Assembly: GCA_964016885.1 (NCBI GenBank)
Contig: OZ024766.1
Location: forward strand, 14,632,001-14,696,000
DNA: 64,000 nt
Direction of reading: 5' to 3'
Source: Eledone cirrhosa
Taxonomy: Eukaryota
Part shown: one piece after another, positions 12,834 to 25,235 of the stretch
How the letters are laid out: each line of letters starts with the position of its first letter
Position numbering within the stretch: position 1 is the stretch's first letter
Translations under genes and position numbers: made by a program
The notes under the pieces: model-generated
What the model was told of the DNA's origin: nothing
Seen by the model: only the letters and a program-made list of their open reading frames with translations
The model's database searches: none

Positions 12834-14594
12834 GCGCAACTAACCAGAGAGAGAATTGATCTAGATGAAATGCCGTTCGGGTTTGTATCAGTTAAAAGTA
12901 CCACAGACGCTCTTTTCATTGTACGACAACTACAGGAGAAGTACCTAGCTAAAAGTAAACCCCTATACTTAGCTTTTGTCGACTTAGAGAAAGCCTTCAA
13001 CAGAGTCCCCCGTTCCATTATCTGGTGGGCTCTTAGAAAACTAGGTGTTGATGAATGGCTTGTGAGGGCTATACAAGCCATGTATAAAGAAACAGTCAGC
13101 AAGGTTAGAATTAACAACGAATATAGTGAAGAGTTTAGCATAAAAGTTGGTGTTCATCAGGGCTGCGTTCTTAGCCCCCTACTATTTATTATTGCCCTTC
13201 AGGTTATAACAGTGGAGTTCAAGACCGGCTGCCCATGGGAACTCCTATACGCAGATGATCTAACGCTCATAGCTGAATCAATGGCCGAACTAGAGAAGAA
13301 GTTCCAAACATGGAAGCATGGCCTAGAATCAAAAGGCCTTAAAATTAACCTGTCTAAGACTAAAGTTCTAGTTTGTAGGAAGGAAAATAGGGCACCGGTC
13401 CCATCCGGGAAATGGCCATGCTCAGTGTGTAGGAAAGGAGTAGGTAGAAACTCCATTTTATGTCCCAAATGCAAAGTATGGGTGCATAAAAGATGTAGTG
13501 GGATCACAGGTAAGCTAACTAAGAACATAGATTTTATATGTGGCCAGTGCTCTGGTGCAATAAGTAGCAGCAAGTGCCCACAGAATACTAGCTCATTCCA
13601 TTGCACATATGGTTCTATAGAAATAGTGGACAGCTTCCTTTACCTGGGTGACAAAATCAGCAGTGGGGGAGGGTGCTCTGAAAGTACAGTAGCTAGAGTC
13701 AGAACTGGATAGAAAAAGTTCAGAGAGCTTATACCACTATTAGCCGCTAAAGGGTTCTCTCTAAAAATGAAAGGCAGGCTGTATGATGCCTGCATACGAA
13801 CAGCAATGTTACATGGCAGTGAGACCTGGGCATTGTGTGCAGAGGATATACGCAGACTGGAGAGAAACGAAGCTTGCATGCTCCGCTGGATGTGTAATAG
13901 TAATATACGTGAACGGCAAAGCATAAACGTACTAAGGGAAAAATTAGAAATAAGAGGGATCAGATGTTGTTTACTCGAGAGAAGACTACGTTGGTATGGT
14001 CACGTGATGCGCATGAAAGATGACAGCTGTATAAAAAAGTGCAGGGCAATAAAGATAGACGGTAGCCACGGAGTAGGCAGACCCAGAAAAACCTGGGACG
14101 ACTTGATAAATTCCGACCTTACACACTTACACCTCTCCAAGACAATGTCACTGGACTGAGATCTTTGGCGCTACTCAGTAATAGAGAAGACCCGCCTTAT
14201 CTAAGTACAAAGTGAAACCTACCACAGTCAGTAGGCACCTCTAACAAAATACACCCCCGCCCCACTACCCCCACCCATCCTCACCACCCCTTTCAATGTA
14301 AAGTTATGTTGGTACCACAACATCCAGTCCGAAACAAATGAGGTCGTGTAGGTGTCACGACAAAAAAACACACAATCCACGCTGTAATGTTGCTGTGTAG
14401 GCAACACGGTAAAAACCTCCCAGTTCCACACTGTAAACGTGGTTGGTGTTAGGAAGGGCATCCAGCTGTAGAAAACCCGCCAGACAGTCCTATGCGAGCA
14501 AGACAACCACTCTTGCCTCAAGTGGGAAAACTCCCGTCCAAACCCATGCAAGCGTGGAATATGGACGTTAAACGATGATGATGATGATGATGAT
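12834..14594 (+). mobile_element. RTE-clade LINE RT/3' fragment with 3' UTR and (GAT)n tail
   Basis: STTDALF..AFVDLEKAF..GVHQG..YADD..RRLRWYGHVMR..GRPRKTW; in-frame stop at about 13710; ends GGACGTTAAAC(GAT)n. Confidence 0.95.
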
Positions 14595-14624
14595 ATACAT
14601 GTATGTCTATATATATATATGTAG

Positions 14625-15622
14625 AAAAAATTTACGAAATGGAAATGCGGGTATATAGAATTTATTAGGTAACAATTGTTTCTATAGTGTATGAGTTACC
14701 TATACCTCGCTATTTGAATAATACACAAATATTATCAAAAACCGAAAGTACACTGTAAGCCAACACACCATGTCATCAGACCTTTGTATTAGAATGATAT
14801 GAAAATATTTTATACACTAGATAAAAGATAAAGAAGGAGGTAGGAAGAGAAGGGGAAGAGGGAAGTGAGTAAGGTGGAGGGAGTCCTAGGGTTTAAGACA
14901 GTCAGACTAGTAGAGATTGTGAAGAGAGAATGTTTTGGCAGCAGTTAGCTTAATGAGGCGTGTTAAGGTTGGCTGGGAAGTAGATTCTTCTAGTGGTGTT
15001 GTTCGGACAAAATTTAGTTAGAGGGGTCAAAGTGGTACAATGTCACAGACAAGTTATTAGGGCTATTATAGTAGCAGGTTATTTCTAAAGGGGTCCAGAA
15101 AAACAGTGTTTACTACTATTATTATAGAAAGCAATATCTAGTGTATAAACATATAAGACAGAAATTTGCAAACGTTGGTGTAAAAAGGTAACATTATATG
15201 CATTTAAAAAAAGAAAAAGTCGTTTTCAAACGATGGTTACAGTATAGAGAACGTTCAATTTTGCTGTTCAAAAGTTTGTTTACCGACGTTAAAATGCAGT
15301 ATATCTCTAAATTGCATAACTTGCAGAATCGATGATTTTGCTGATATGCAGGCGCAGCTGCAATAATTTGCCAATCAAGGGAGAACGCTTGATTGTTCCT
15401 CCGAAGCTGCCAGGCTTTATCGGCGAGGGTTGTTACGGAGCGCATTTTCTCGTGCCTGATCGAAGATCGATGTTGGTATAGGCGAGCCTTGAAAGAAGTT
15501 GCGGTACATCCGACGTAATACCATTTGTTGGTCCCGGAATTTATTGTACACCGGTAGACAATATTGCGTGCTAGGCACTGGTTATTCAGTGGGCACGTAC
15601 CTGGTTTGGTGCAGTTACAACT
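14625..15622 (-). mobile_element. 5'-truncated Penelope-like element (GIY-YIG 15194-15620) with 3' pLTR
   Basis: [55 protein letters not shown]; hammerhead on the same strand downstream. Confidence 0.88.
14667..14783 (-). ncRNA. Type I hammerhead motif with long stem II
   Basis: Reverse complement reads AGGT-CTGATGA-[about 90 nt]-GAAA-CAATTG-TT-ACCT-AATAAA, 3' of the GIY-YIG ORF. Confidence 0.7.
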
Positions 15623-15825
15623 ATTTATATATGTATATATATATACATGTATGTCTATATATATGTCTATATATATATATATGTATGTCTATATATATAT
15701 ATGTATATATATATACATGTATGTATATATATATATATATGTATATATATATACATGTATGTATATAAATATATATGTATATATATATTTATACATGTAT
15801 GTATATATATATATATATGTATATA

Positions 15826-16845
15826 CAGGGTGTGGAAGATATTTGGTCACAATTTTCAACTGCTAATTTCATGCAAATGCTTTTTACTTCCGTTGTCACT
15901 CTTGTCCTCATAAAAACAGTGACTATATTTCCATTATTTATTTTCAGAATAATTGATTATGAATAATTTTGAACCTCCAAATTTGTGGAAGAGACACGGA
16001 GTTCTTCTCGGAGTCCGCGCCGGGAGGACAAATAAGGACCAGAAGATCAACTCCCAGAACAAAAGGTGGCTCGCTGTCTCATCCAAAGACGTGCCCAGAG
16101 TCATGCAGATAAAGTTACCAGCAACAACATTGGTCTCAGGTGTCGTCAGCAGTCAAGGTGACGTAATGCCACCTCACTGTTTCCCTGAGGGTCTCAAGCT
16201 GAACACCGATGGCTACATCCGCAATCTGAGAGAGGTAGTAAAGCCCTGGATCGACCAGGTAGCTGCAGGTAGGCCGTACGTGTGGCAGCAAGACTCAGCG
16301 CCCTGCCATACCAGCCGAAAGATCCAAGCCTGGCTGTCAGAGAACTTCGTCGACCACACCTCCCCTGACATCTGGCCTCCCAGCTCGCCTGACTGCAATC
16401 CTCTCGACTTCTTTGTGTGGGGCGCAGTGGAACGAGACACCAACAGATCTTGCTGCATTACGAAAGACGATCTGAAGGCCAGGGTCACAAGTGCCTTTAG
16501 GGGCCTAAGTTGGGGTACAGTGACGAAGGCCTGTAGCCAGTTCCTAGGCCGCCTTGAGGCTACCATCAAAGCCAATGGCGGGTCTATCGAGTGAGATCGA
16601 AAGAACAAGTCATGAAAACAAACTGACCCAAATTTGATAAATCATCATCATCATCATCATCATCACCGTTTTACGTCCGTTCTTCCATGCTAGCATGAGT
16701 TAGACAGGTTGTCCTGTTGTGGGCAGTGTCTGGTCGGCTGACCATGCCTTGCTCATACAGGAACTGATATATCTTAAAAAATAAAACTACTGTGTTATTT
16801 TTCTCCTAGACAGTAATCTTGCCAACAAATATCGTCCACACCCTG
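15826..16845 (+). mobile_element. Tc1/mariner DD37D (maT-type) transposon, internally deleted; RTE/SINE tail inserted at about 16643-16770 (-)
   Basis: TIRs CAGGGTGTGGAAGATATTTG / CAAATATCGTCCACACCCTG with TA flanks; WQQD-(37 aa)-D in ..QQDSAPCH..WPPSSPDCNPLDFFVW; HTH region and first catalytic D appear missing. Confidence 0.93.
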
Positions 16846-16867
16846 TATATATATATATATATGTATG

Positions 16868-16898
<31 letters not shown>

Positions 16899-16918
16899 AT
16901 ATATATGTATATATATAT

Positions 16919-18449
16919 CATCTTCATCATCATTTTACATCCACTTTTCCCTGCTTGCAAGGGTGGGACGGGTCCTATTCAGCACAGCATCTCTCGACTT
17001 GTCACGGTCCTTTGTCATCTCCTCTATGAGCTTCAGCGTTCTGAGGTCTTCTCTCACCACCTCTGCTCATGTTTTACATGGTCTACCTCTACTGCGTCTT
17101 TCTTCTACTGGGATTTCTTGGCACTTCTTTACCCAGCGGTCATCCCCCATGCGCATCACATGTCCATACCATCTCAGTCTTCTCTCCTGCACACCACAAC
17201 CTATCCCTCTTATACCCAGTTTCTTTCTCAACTCATCTATGCTTGGTCGTTCACACACATTGACATTGCACATCCAACGGACCATACTTGCTTCTCTCCA
17301 GCCTTCACATATCCTTTGCAGTTGCTGCCCATGTCTTACTACCAAGCAGCATCTCACACAGGCATCATATAACCGTCCTTTCGTATGCAGGGAGAAACAC
17401 TTCTTTGTCAACAAAGGAAGCAGCTCCCTAAACTTCTTCCAACCCATCCTTACTCTAGATACTATGGCCTCGGACCCCCCCCCCCCCCTCCCATGCTAAT
17501 CTGATAACCTAGGTACCAGAAGCTATCAACCACTTCTATAGAACCCACCTGCATTGGAAAAATGTGTCTATCACTGCGACTCCTACTGTCAAATGTCCCT
17601 GTACATCTACTGCATATGTAGTTTTCCCTACCTGTTAGTTTGCCTACTATCCCACTACATCTCTTGTGTACCTAAGATCTGCATTGCGTACATTTTATGG
17701 AATTTATGCCAGTTCCTTTCCTACATATCGAACATGGCCATTTCCCTGATGGAATCAGAGTTTTGTCCTCTTTTCTACTCATCAACACTTTTGTCTTAGC
17801 TATGTTCACTCTCAGGCCTCTTGATTCCAACTGCTGTTTCCATAGCCAGAATTTATTCTCTAGCACCTCTACTGATTCTGGTTTAAGAACCAGTTCATCA
17901 GCACAGAGAAGTTCCCATGGGCATCCAGTCTTAAACTCCTCTGTTATGGCTTGGAGGACTATAATGAACAAGAGTGGGCTGAGGGCCGAACCCTGATGTA
18001 CACCTACTTGTATCTGGAATTCCTCACTAAATTCCATTCCTACCCTCACTTTACTGACAGCACCCCTGTACATAGCTTGCACTGTCCTCACAAGCCATTC
18101 CTCTACACCTAGTTTCCTTAGGGACCACCAGATGACAGATTGGGGTACCCTATCAAAGGCCTTCTCTAGGTCAACAAAGACTAAGTATAGTGACTTATTC
18201 TTCTCTAAGAACCTCTCTTGCAATTGTCTCACCAAGAAGAGGGCATCTTTTGTACTTTTCCCAGGCACAAAACCAAACTGCATCTCATCTAAATTGACCC
18301 TTTCTCTAATCAGCTAATATTCTCTCTGCCACTATCATAACCTGATCCATCAGCTTTATGCCCCTATAATTGCTCCTCTCCAGAGCATCCCCTTTATATA
18401 TGTAGCAATTTATGAGAATACTGCTGTACCAGTCTTTGGGTATGACACC

Positions 18450-18450
<1 letters not shown>
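16919..18450 (-). mobile_element. RTE LINE 3' fragment (degenerate); parent type of the 80-bp satellite
   Basis: MQFGFVPGKSTKDALF..FVDLEKAFD..GVHQGS..ELRKKLGIRGIGCGVQERRLRWYGHVMR; (TGA)n tail at 16919. Confidence 0.95.
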
Positions 18451-18499
<49 letters not shown>

Positions 18500-18555
18500 T
18501 CTAGCATGGAAAATGGACGTTAAATGAAGATGAGGATGATGATGATATGTATATA

Positions 18556-19448
18556 CAGGATGTGAACGATATTTGGTCGCAATTTTCAACTGCTAATTTT
18601 ATGCAAATTTTTTTTACTTCCGTTGTCACTCTTGTCCTCATAAAAACAGTGACTATATTTCCATTATTTATTTTCAGAATAATTGATTATGAATAATTTT
18701 GAAACTCCAAATTTGAGGAAGAGACACGGAGTTCTTCTTGGAATCAGCGCCAGGAGGACAAATAAGACCAGAAGATAAACTCTCAGAACAACAGGTGGCT
18801 CGCTGTCTCATCCAAAGACGTGCCCAGAGTCATGCAGACAGAGTTTCCAGCGACAACATTGGTCTCAGGTGTCGTCAGCAGTCAAGGTGACGTCACGCCA
18901 CCTCACTGCTTCCCTGGGGGTCTCAAGCTGAACACCGATGGCTACATCTGCGTTCTGAGCGAGGTAGTAAAGCCCTGGATCGACCAGGTAGCTGTAGGTA
19001 GGCCGTACGTGTGGCAGCAAGAGTCAGCGCCCTGCCATACCAGCCGAAAGTTCCAAGCCTGGCTGTCAGAGAACTTCGTCGATCTCACCTCCCCTGACAT
19101 CTGGCCTCCCAGCTCGCCTGACTGCAACCCCTTCGACTTCTTTGTGTGGGGCGCAGTGGAACGAGACACCAACAGATCCAGCTGCAATACGAAAGACGAT
19201 CTGAAGACCAGGATCACAAGTGCCTTTAGGGGCCTAAGTCGGGGGGTCAGTGACGAAGACCTGTGGCCGGTTCTGAGGCCGCCTTCAGGCCGTCATCAAA
19301 GCCAATGGCGGGTTTGTCGAGTGAGATTGAAAGAACAAGTCATGAAGACAAACTGACCCAAGTTTTATAAATAAATCTTAAAAAATAAAACTACTGTGTT
19401 ACTTTCTCCTAGACAGTTATCTTGCAAACAAATATCGTCCACACCCTG
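18556..19448 (+). mobile_element. Second DD37D (maT-type) deletion derivative
   Basis: Same TIRs, TA flanks and internal deletion as 15826-16845; second catalytic D mutated to E (QQES); frameshifts. Confidence 0.93.
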
Positions 19449-19458
19449 TATGTATATA

Positions 19459-19700
19459 GTCAGCTTGACAGTGACACAGAGGAGGCTGAGGTTAGCTGGA
19501 CATGCTTAACGACATCCAGAGTTGACACTGCACTCAGTGCTCCTGTAGGAGCCCCTGCATTGACACACTGGACGAGGAAGACCAAGGTTAACATATATTG
19601 ATGCTCTCAGGACAGGCACTGGTGTCTTGGAGATGCAGGACATGGGAGCGATAATGAGGGACAGAGACCACTGGAGAGAACTCATCCATGGATCTCGTGA
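19459..19700 (+). pseudogene. RTE/RTE-X-like LINE C-terminal fragment
   Basis: QRRLRLAGHA*RHPE..GRGRPRLTYIDAL..MRDRDHWR read through stops. Confidence 0.75.
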
Positions 19701-20483
19701 ATTTACAAAATATCCACATTTATGTGTAAATAAAAACAATTTTATAACTTTAATGTTTGTTGGATGGTACTTTCATGACAGTTGAAATTATGACTTTTTA
19801 AAAATTAATTCACATTTGAAAATACAACTTTCTTCACCCATTCCTGAGAGGGTTGTAGGGGGTAGAGTCCTCACACACCCCTTCTAGGTCCTATGTTTGT
19901 AAAATGTCCTCTATATACTACACACACACAAAACCACATCACTCTGCACACACACACCACATCCCACACAACAGACATACATCATACCACACCAAACCAC
20001 ATACAAACCAGGTAGTTATACCAACCCAGTATCTTGGTTTTAGTGATTTTTTTGTAACAAATCTCAACATCCCAGTCCTTAGCAACTGGAGTGGAACTCA
20101 TCAGATTGGATATTAAATGATGAGCTGTGACATCATTGGTGTCAACCTGTTTCAGCCATTCCTTTGGACAACATTATAGTGTATGTATGTAGTATATATA
20201 TATATATATATTTATTAAAATAACAGATTAAAGTTTAAGCAAAGAATCGCTGCTTTCACCTTCTAATCTATTGTAAAACTTTATTCATTGATCAATGAAC
20301 CCCTTGTTAAACTTTTGGTTATATATATATATATATATAGCCAAAAGTTTAACAAGGGGTTCATTGATTAATCAATGAATAAAGTTTTACAATAGATTAG
20401 AAGCACTCAACAGATAGGTTTTCTGGAGTTATTAATATTACTTCAAAATATTAATAAATATAGACATACATGTGATCAAATAT

Positions 20484-20547
20484 ATTTTATTATACATATT
20501 TCAGAGGTACTGAGCTGTTTCATCAGTACGCCCTCATCAGATAAAAT
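20484..20547 (-). ncRNA. Minimal type I hammerhead motif
   Basis: Inverted copy of 20614-20677. Confidence 0.85.
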
Positions 20548-20613
20548 AAATTGATGTCTGCCAAAACTGGAATTGAACCATCAGCACAGTTGAGGTATGT
20601 CAGACATCAATTT

Positions 20614-20677
20614 ATTTTATCTGATGAGGACGTACTGATGAAATAGCTCAGTACCTCTGAAATATGTATAATAAAAT
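20614..20677 (+). ncRNA. Minimal type I hammerhead motif
   Basis: ATTTTAT-CTGATGA-[GGA-GTACTGA/TCAGTAC-TCT]-GAAA-TATGTA-TA-ATAAAAT. Confidence 0.88.
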
Positions 20678-20739
20678 ATATTTGATCACATGTATGTCTA
20701 TATTTATTAATATTTTGAAGTAATATTATATATATATAT

Positions 20740-22280
20740 CTATATATATCTCAGTGTCTCCTCTCTGACCTCAGTGTAAGCGGTACAGAGTTCTTCCCTC
20801 ATCACCTCCACAGTCTCCATCCTCTCCCCCGTAGGACCAGCATAGAATTGGCCCTTAGCAGCTTTCAGGTGTTCTCTGGCTGCACACACTTTTGGGTTTG
20901 CAGAGCTGACGTGCTTCCCTTTGTTCTTTTTCCTCGGCACCAGGGTTTCACTTGCTTCCGCCACTGCATTGGTGAAGTGCCCGTACCTCCTCGTCACACT
21001 CTCCTCGGTCCATCCAATCTCTCTCTCCTCTGACTCTCCACACAGAGCACTGAACCTGTTCCTCACTTCCACTGTGAACCTCTCCTGTAGCTTATCATCT
21101 TCCTTGAAAGCATCCCATTCATAGATTGTTCTCCGGGGCTGAGCCTTGCTCTTTCTTAAGTTCACCTGGACCTCACTCATAACAAGCCGGTGGTCACCAC
21201 CCAGTGTACTGAAATAGCTGTATGGTTCCGTGTTCAGAACACTATTCCGCCACTTTTTCCTCACCAGAATGAAATCAATCTGGGACTTGAACAGGTGCAT
21301 ATCTGAGATGTAGGTCCACATCTTCCCCGGATTCTTCCTAAACCTTAGGTTGGTTGCCATCAAGTTCGCCTCCAGCAGGGTGTCTCTCAGTAGTCTTCCA
21401 TTTCGGTTGGTGTTGTTATGGAATTACCAGCAAGGATCTTCACTGCCCTCCTTACTCAGATGTGCATTGAAGTCCCCCAAAACAAGCAGGATGTTGTGAG
21501 CTTGTGTGGTGTTGACAGCTCTACACACCTCCTCATGGAACTCTTCCGCACTCACATCACTGTCTCCCTCGGTTGGACTATAGGCTGAGATGACTGTCAG
21601 TCTTGGGTTTCCATTGAAGGTCACCCTCAACACTCGCGGGGAGATAGGCATTATTTCCCTCACCAACAGATTGGTTTTTGCACTGAACACAAAACCCACT
21701 CCTCCTACTGCAGCATTTGTTGTGTTCTTCACTGCCGATGTCGTGATGAGCTGGCTCATCTTCCCAATCATCACACTCCTCACGGGCTCATCGTGTAGGA
21801 TCCTGTGTTGTTGGATTGTAAGTATCTGCATACCACTCTCTTCGAACAGATGTCCCAACTCCTCTCTCTTCTCCAGCGTCCGAATAGTCCTCACATTCAA
21901 AGTGCCCATTTTATTGGCTCTTCTGCAGGACAAAACTGCATTCTTTATATTTGTCTCAGAGATAGCTGATCCATCATCCACTGGCCCTCCCTGTGGCTCT
22001 AAGCCAGAAGAGTCATAACGACCAGACTGCTCCTTGACAGTGTAATTAGGGGCTCTAACCCTAGTGCTGTTAAATCGACTTTCCATGGTTCTTTTCAGTG
22101 GCTGACAATACCTTACCGGCGCCACTCAAATAAGGTAGTTATTTCCCCCATAAACAGGGCCCTAACAGGTACTACTACTCCGGCCCAGAGCAGACCTGGG
22201 AGTTATGAGAACTAAACGGTAACTCCACATTCCCAACAGCTTCGAACTGGATGTAGTTTAATGTCTTAGCCAGGACAGTA
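20740..22280 (-). mobile_element. RTE/RTE-X-like LINE 5' part: apurinic-like (APE) endonuclease domain plus probable 5' region
   Basis: GTLNVRT..GGVGF..ISAYSPT..LGDFNAH..SQIDFIL..GDHRLV motifs; stop at about 21424; 3'-truncated at a TA tract. Confidence 0.9.
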
Positions 22281-22423
22281 TGTATGTATGTATGTATGTA
22301 TTTATCAATGTATGTGTGTATGTGGACATGGCCTAGGGTAAGGACGCAAGACTTGGGATCATAATGAAATATTTAAATATTATTTCTATTTGTAATATAT
22401 AGATAAATATATATCTAAGCTCT

Positions 22424-23448
22424 GTATTTATTTATTATATATATAATGTATAATTTATTTATTATATATATAATGTATAATTTATTTATTATATATATAA
22501 TGTATAATTTATTTATTATATATATAATGTATAATTTATTTATTATATATATAATGTATAATTTATTTATTATATATATAATGTATAATTTATTTATTAT
22601 ATATATAATGTATAATTTATTTATTATATATATAATGTATAATTTATTTATTATATATATAATGTATAATTTATTTATTATATATATAATGTATAATTTA
22701 TTTATTATATATATAATGTATAATTTATTTATTATATATATAATGTATAATTTATTTATTATATATATAATGTATAATTTATTTATTATATATATAATGT
22801 ATAATTTATTTATTATATATATAATGTATAATTTATTTATTATATATATAATGTATAATTTATTTATTATATATATAATGTATAATTTATTTATTATATA
22901 TATAATGTATAATTTATTTATTATATATATAATGTAGAATTTATTTATTATATATATAATGTAGAATTTATTTATTATATATATAATGTATAATTTATTT
23001 ATTATATATATAATGTAGAATTTATTTATTATATATATAATGTATAATTTATTTATTATATATATAATGTATAATTTATTTATTATATATATAATGTATA
23101 ATTTATTTATTATATATATAATGTATAATTTATTTATTATATATATAATGTATAATTTATTTATTATATATATAATGTATAATTTATTTATTATATATAT
23201 AATGTATAATTTATTTATTATATATATAATGTATAATTTATTTATTATATATATAATGTATAATTTATTTATTATATATATAATGTATAATTTATTTATT
23301 ATATATATAATGTATAATTTATTTATTATATATATAATGTATAATTTATTTATTATATATATAATGTATAATTTATTTATTATATATATAATGTATAATT
23401 TATTTATTATATATATAATGTATAATTTATTTATTATATATATAATGT
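22424..23448. repeat. 27-bp AT-rich minisatellite, about 38 copies
   Basis: (TATAATTTATTTATTATATATATAATG)n, nearly perfect. Confidence 0.97.
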
Positions 23449-23451
23449 AAA

Positions 23452-23644
23452 AGGAGGTGGATTGGCAGTATCGGTAGAGGGTCGGATGCCATGCTTTGCA
23501 GAATAGAGTTACGTCCCTTTACGGTCTGAGTTCAAATCCCTCCAAGGTTAACTTTGCCTTTCATCCTTACGGGGTCGATAAAATAAAAGTACCAGTAACG
23601 TACTGGGATAATTACTGGCCTTGTGCCAAAAGTAGAAACAATTA
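23452..23644 (+). mobile_element. tRNA-derived SINE (family B), intact, with apparent TSD TTATATATATAATGTA
   Basis: TGGCAGTATCGG A-box-like and GAGTTCAAATCC B box; 3' GGCCTTGTGCCAAAAGTAGAAACAATT; direct repeat on both flanks. Confidence 0.9.
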
Positions 23645-23936
23645 TATATATAATGTATACACAGTTCAAGAGTAACCAATCTTAAAGAGAGAGATGGAGA
23701 TAGGAGAGGAGATATGAGAGGAGAGATTGGTGAATTAGTTAGAAGCCAAAGCGTAAAGGCATGTGCTCAATGTGCAATATGCAGTAGAAAGCAGCTAGGT
23801 GGCTGGGTTCATGCAGAAGTTAGGTGTGCAGAGCTGGAAATATTCATTAGTTAAGCAAAACAAGACCACAAATTTCACAAGGAAGACATTATTAAAAGAT
23901 TGTCAACATATTTTAGTTTGATGTAAGGAATGTAGA

Positions 23937-23971
<35 letters not shown>

Positions 23972-23983
23972 TATTCCTTTGAA

Positions 23984-24102
23984 GTTCCGATGAGCCGCTC
24001 TGTCTTTTAAATATGTTAATTATTTTCAACTGAACAGATCAATTATCATATATAGTCATCTGATCCAGGAATATTATATGGAGTAGCGAAACAATTGTAA
24101 AC
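23984..24102 (+). ncRNA. Variant or degenerate hammerhead motif (CCGATGA core)
   Basis: GTT-CCGATGA-GCCGCTCTGT...ATGGAGTAGC-GAAA-CAATTG-TA-AAC. Confidence 0.5.
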
Positions 24103-24190
24103 GGACATTATTATTATTAATATTATTATTATTATTATTCTCTACATGCCTTACATCAAACTAAAATATGTTGACATTCTTTTAATAATG

Positions 24191-25085
24191 ATTTCTTTAT
24201 TGGACACAAGGGCTGCCATCAAGAAAAACATTACAGACGGCACAGGACGATACGATGTGGGTTTTGTGCGTGTAAATATTTGTATTATTTATATAAGAGA
24301 AGAAAAAAAAGGACATAAAACATATATATATATAAACAATAAAAATGAAAATTGAAACAATGAAAAATTCCCCAATACGGGGGGAAACCTCCGAGGGTTA
24401 CTAGTGGCGAAAACCACACAAAAGACCACGCCACCCTGACCACCAGGGCAAGCGCCCTCTCTCAATTTTTCCATCTCTCAAACTACAGACGTATATTCAG
24501 ACGTTCTATAGAGGACTAGTGGAAGGGAAGAGCGACGACATTTTCGGAGAGATCCTGGACGTTGAAGAAGATCAGCTGTTTGCTCTCTTCCGGAGAACTT
24601 TCAGCCCGGGGCCTATGGATAACTTCCAAAAATCCCTGGCCTGGCAGTGCTACCGGGGAGCGCTGCCGGTTCGAGATAAGCTCTACAGGCATGGAAGTGC
24701 CGTCAGCTGAGCCTGTCCGAGATGCGTGCAGAGCGACGAAACCGTTGTGCACGCACTCGTTCAGTGCCCGAGCATTGCTGACTTGTGGAGCTATGTCGAA
24801 CAGTTGCTGTCACGTGTGGGACTGATCCGGTTGTCGACTGAGTCCATTGTGCAGATGGTCTCGCTGTCTTCCTTCGAGGAGGAAGGGCAGGCGGTTTTCA
24901 TCTGAGATTGTGTGGTGGACAAGGTTAAAAGGGTTAAAGACAAACACTTTCCTCTTCGGGGAATCCCTAATTAACTTTTTCAAGTTTCACTTGAAGAGGA
25001 AAATCAGGGTGGAGAGGCAAGTGCTGCTTTCAAGCAAGTATCTTAAAAGGTGGGTGAATGTAGCGAGAATGGTCCGAATGAACGG
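24191..25085 (-). mobile_element. L1/Tx1-like LINE 3' insertion with 5' inversion and 18-bp TSD
   Basis: + strand 24505-25090 encodes zf-RVT-like CPRC..ETVVHALVQC; - strand 24504-24191 carries the ORF end, 3' UTR and AATAAA; GACATTCTTTTAATAATG at 24173-24190 and 25086-25103. Confidence 0.85.
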
Positions 25086-25235
25086 GACATTCTTTTAATA
25101 ATGTCTTCCTTGTGAAATTTGTGGTCTTGTTTTGCTTAACTAATGAATATATAATGTATATGTATTTTTGATTGGAGACACGTAGTGTAGGTGTGTTTGA
25201 CTTAAGATCATAATGTCTTATTTATTTTCGGTGGG

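Larger units (their letters stand above)
20340..20730. mobile_element. pLTR-like fold-back module with two divergent hammerheads (family D)
   Basis: About 20433-20559 is the reverse complement of about 20602-20728; its terminus is also mirrored at 20260-20319 across a TA tract. Confidence 0.8.

Noticed and set aside
12462-13712. Intact 416-aa reverse transcriptase gene
   Set aside because: Chimera of two decayed RTE fragments; no endonuclease; truncated by a stop
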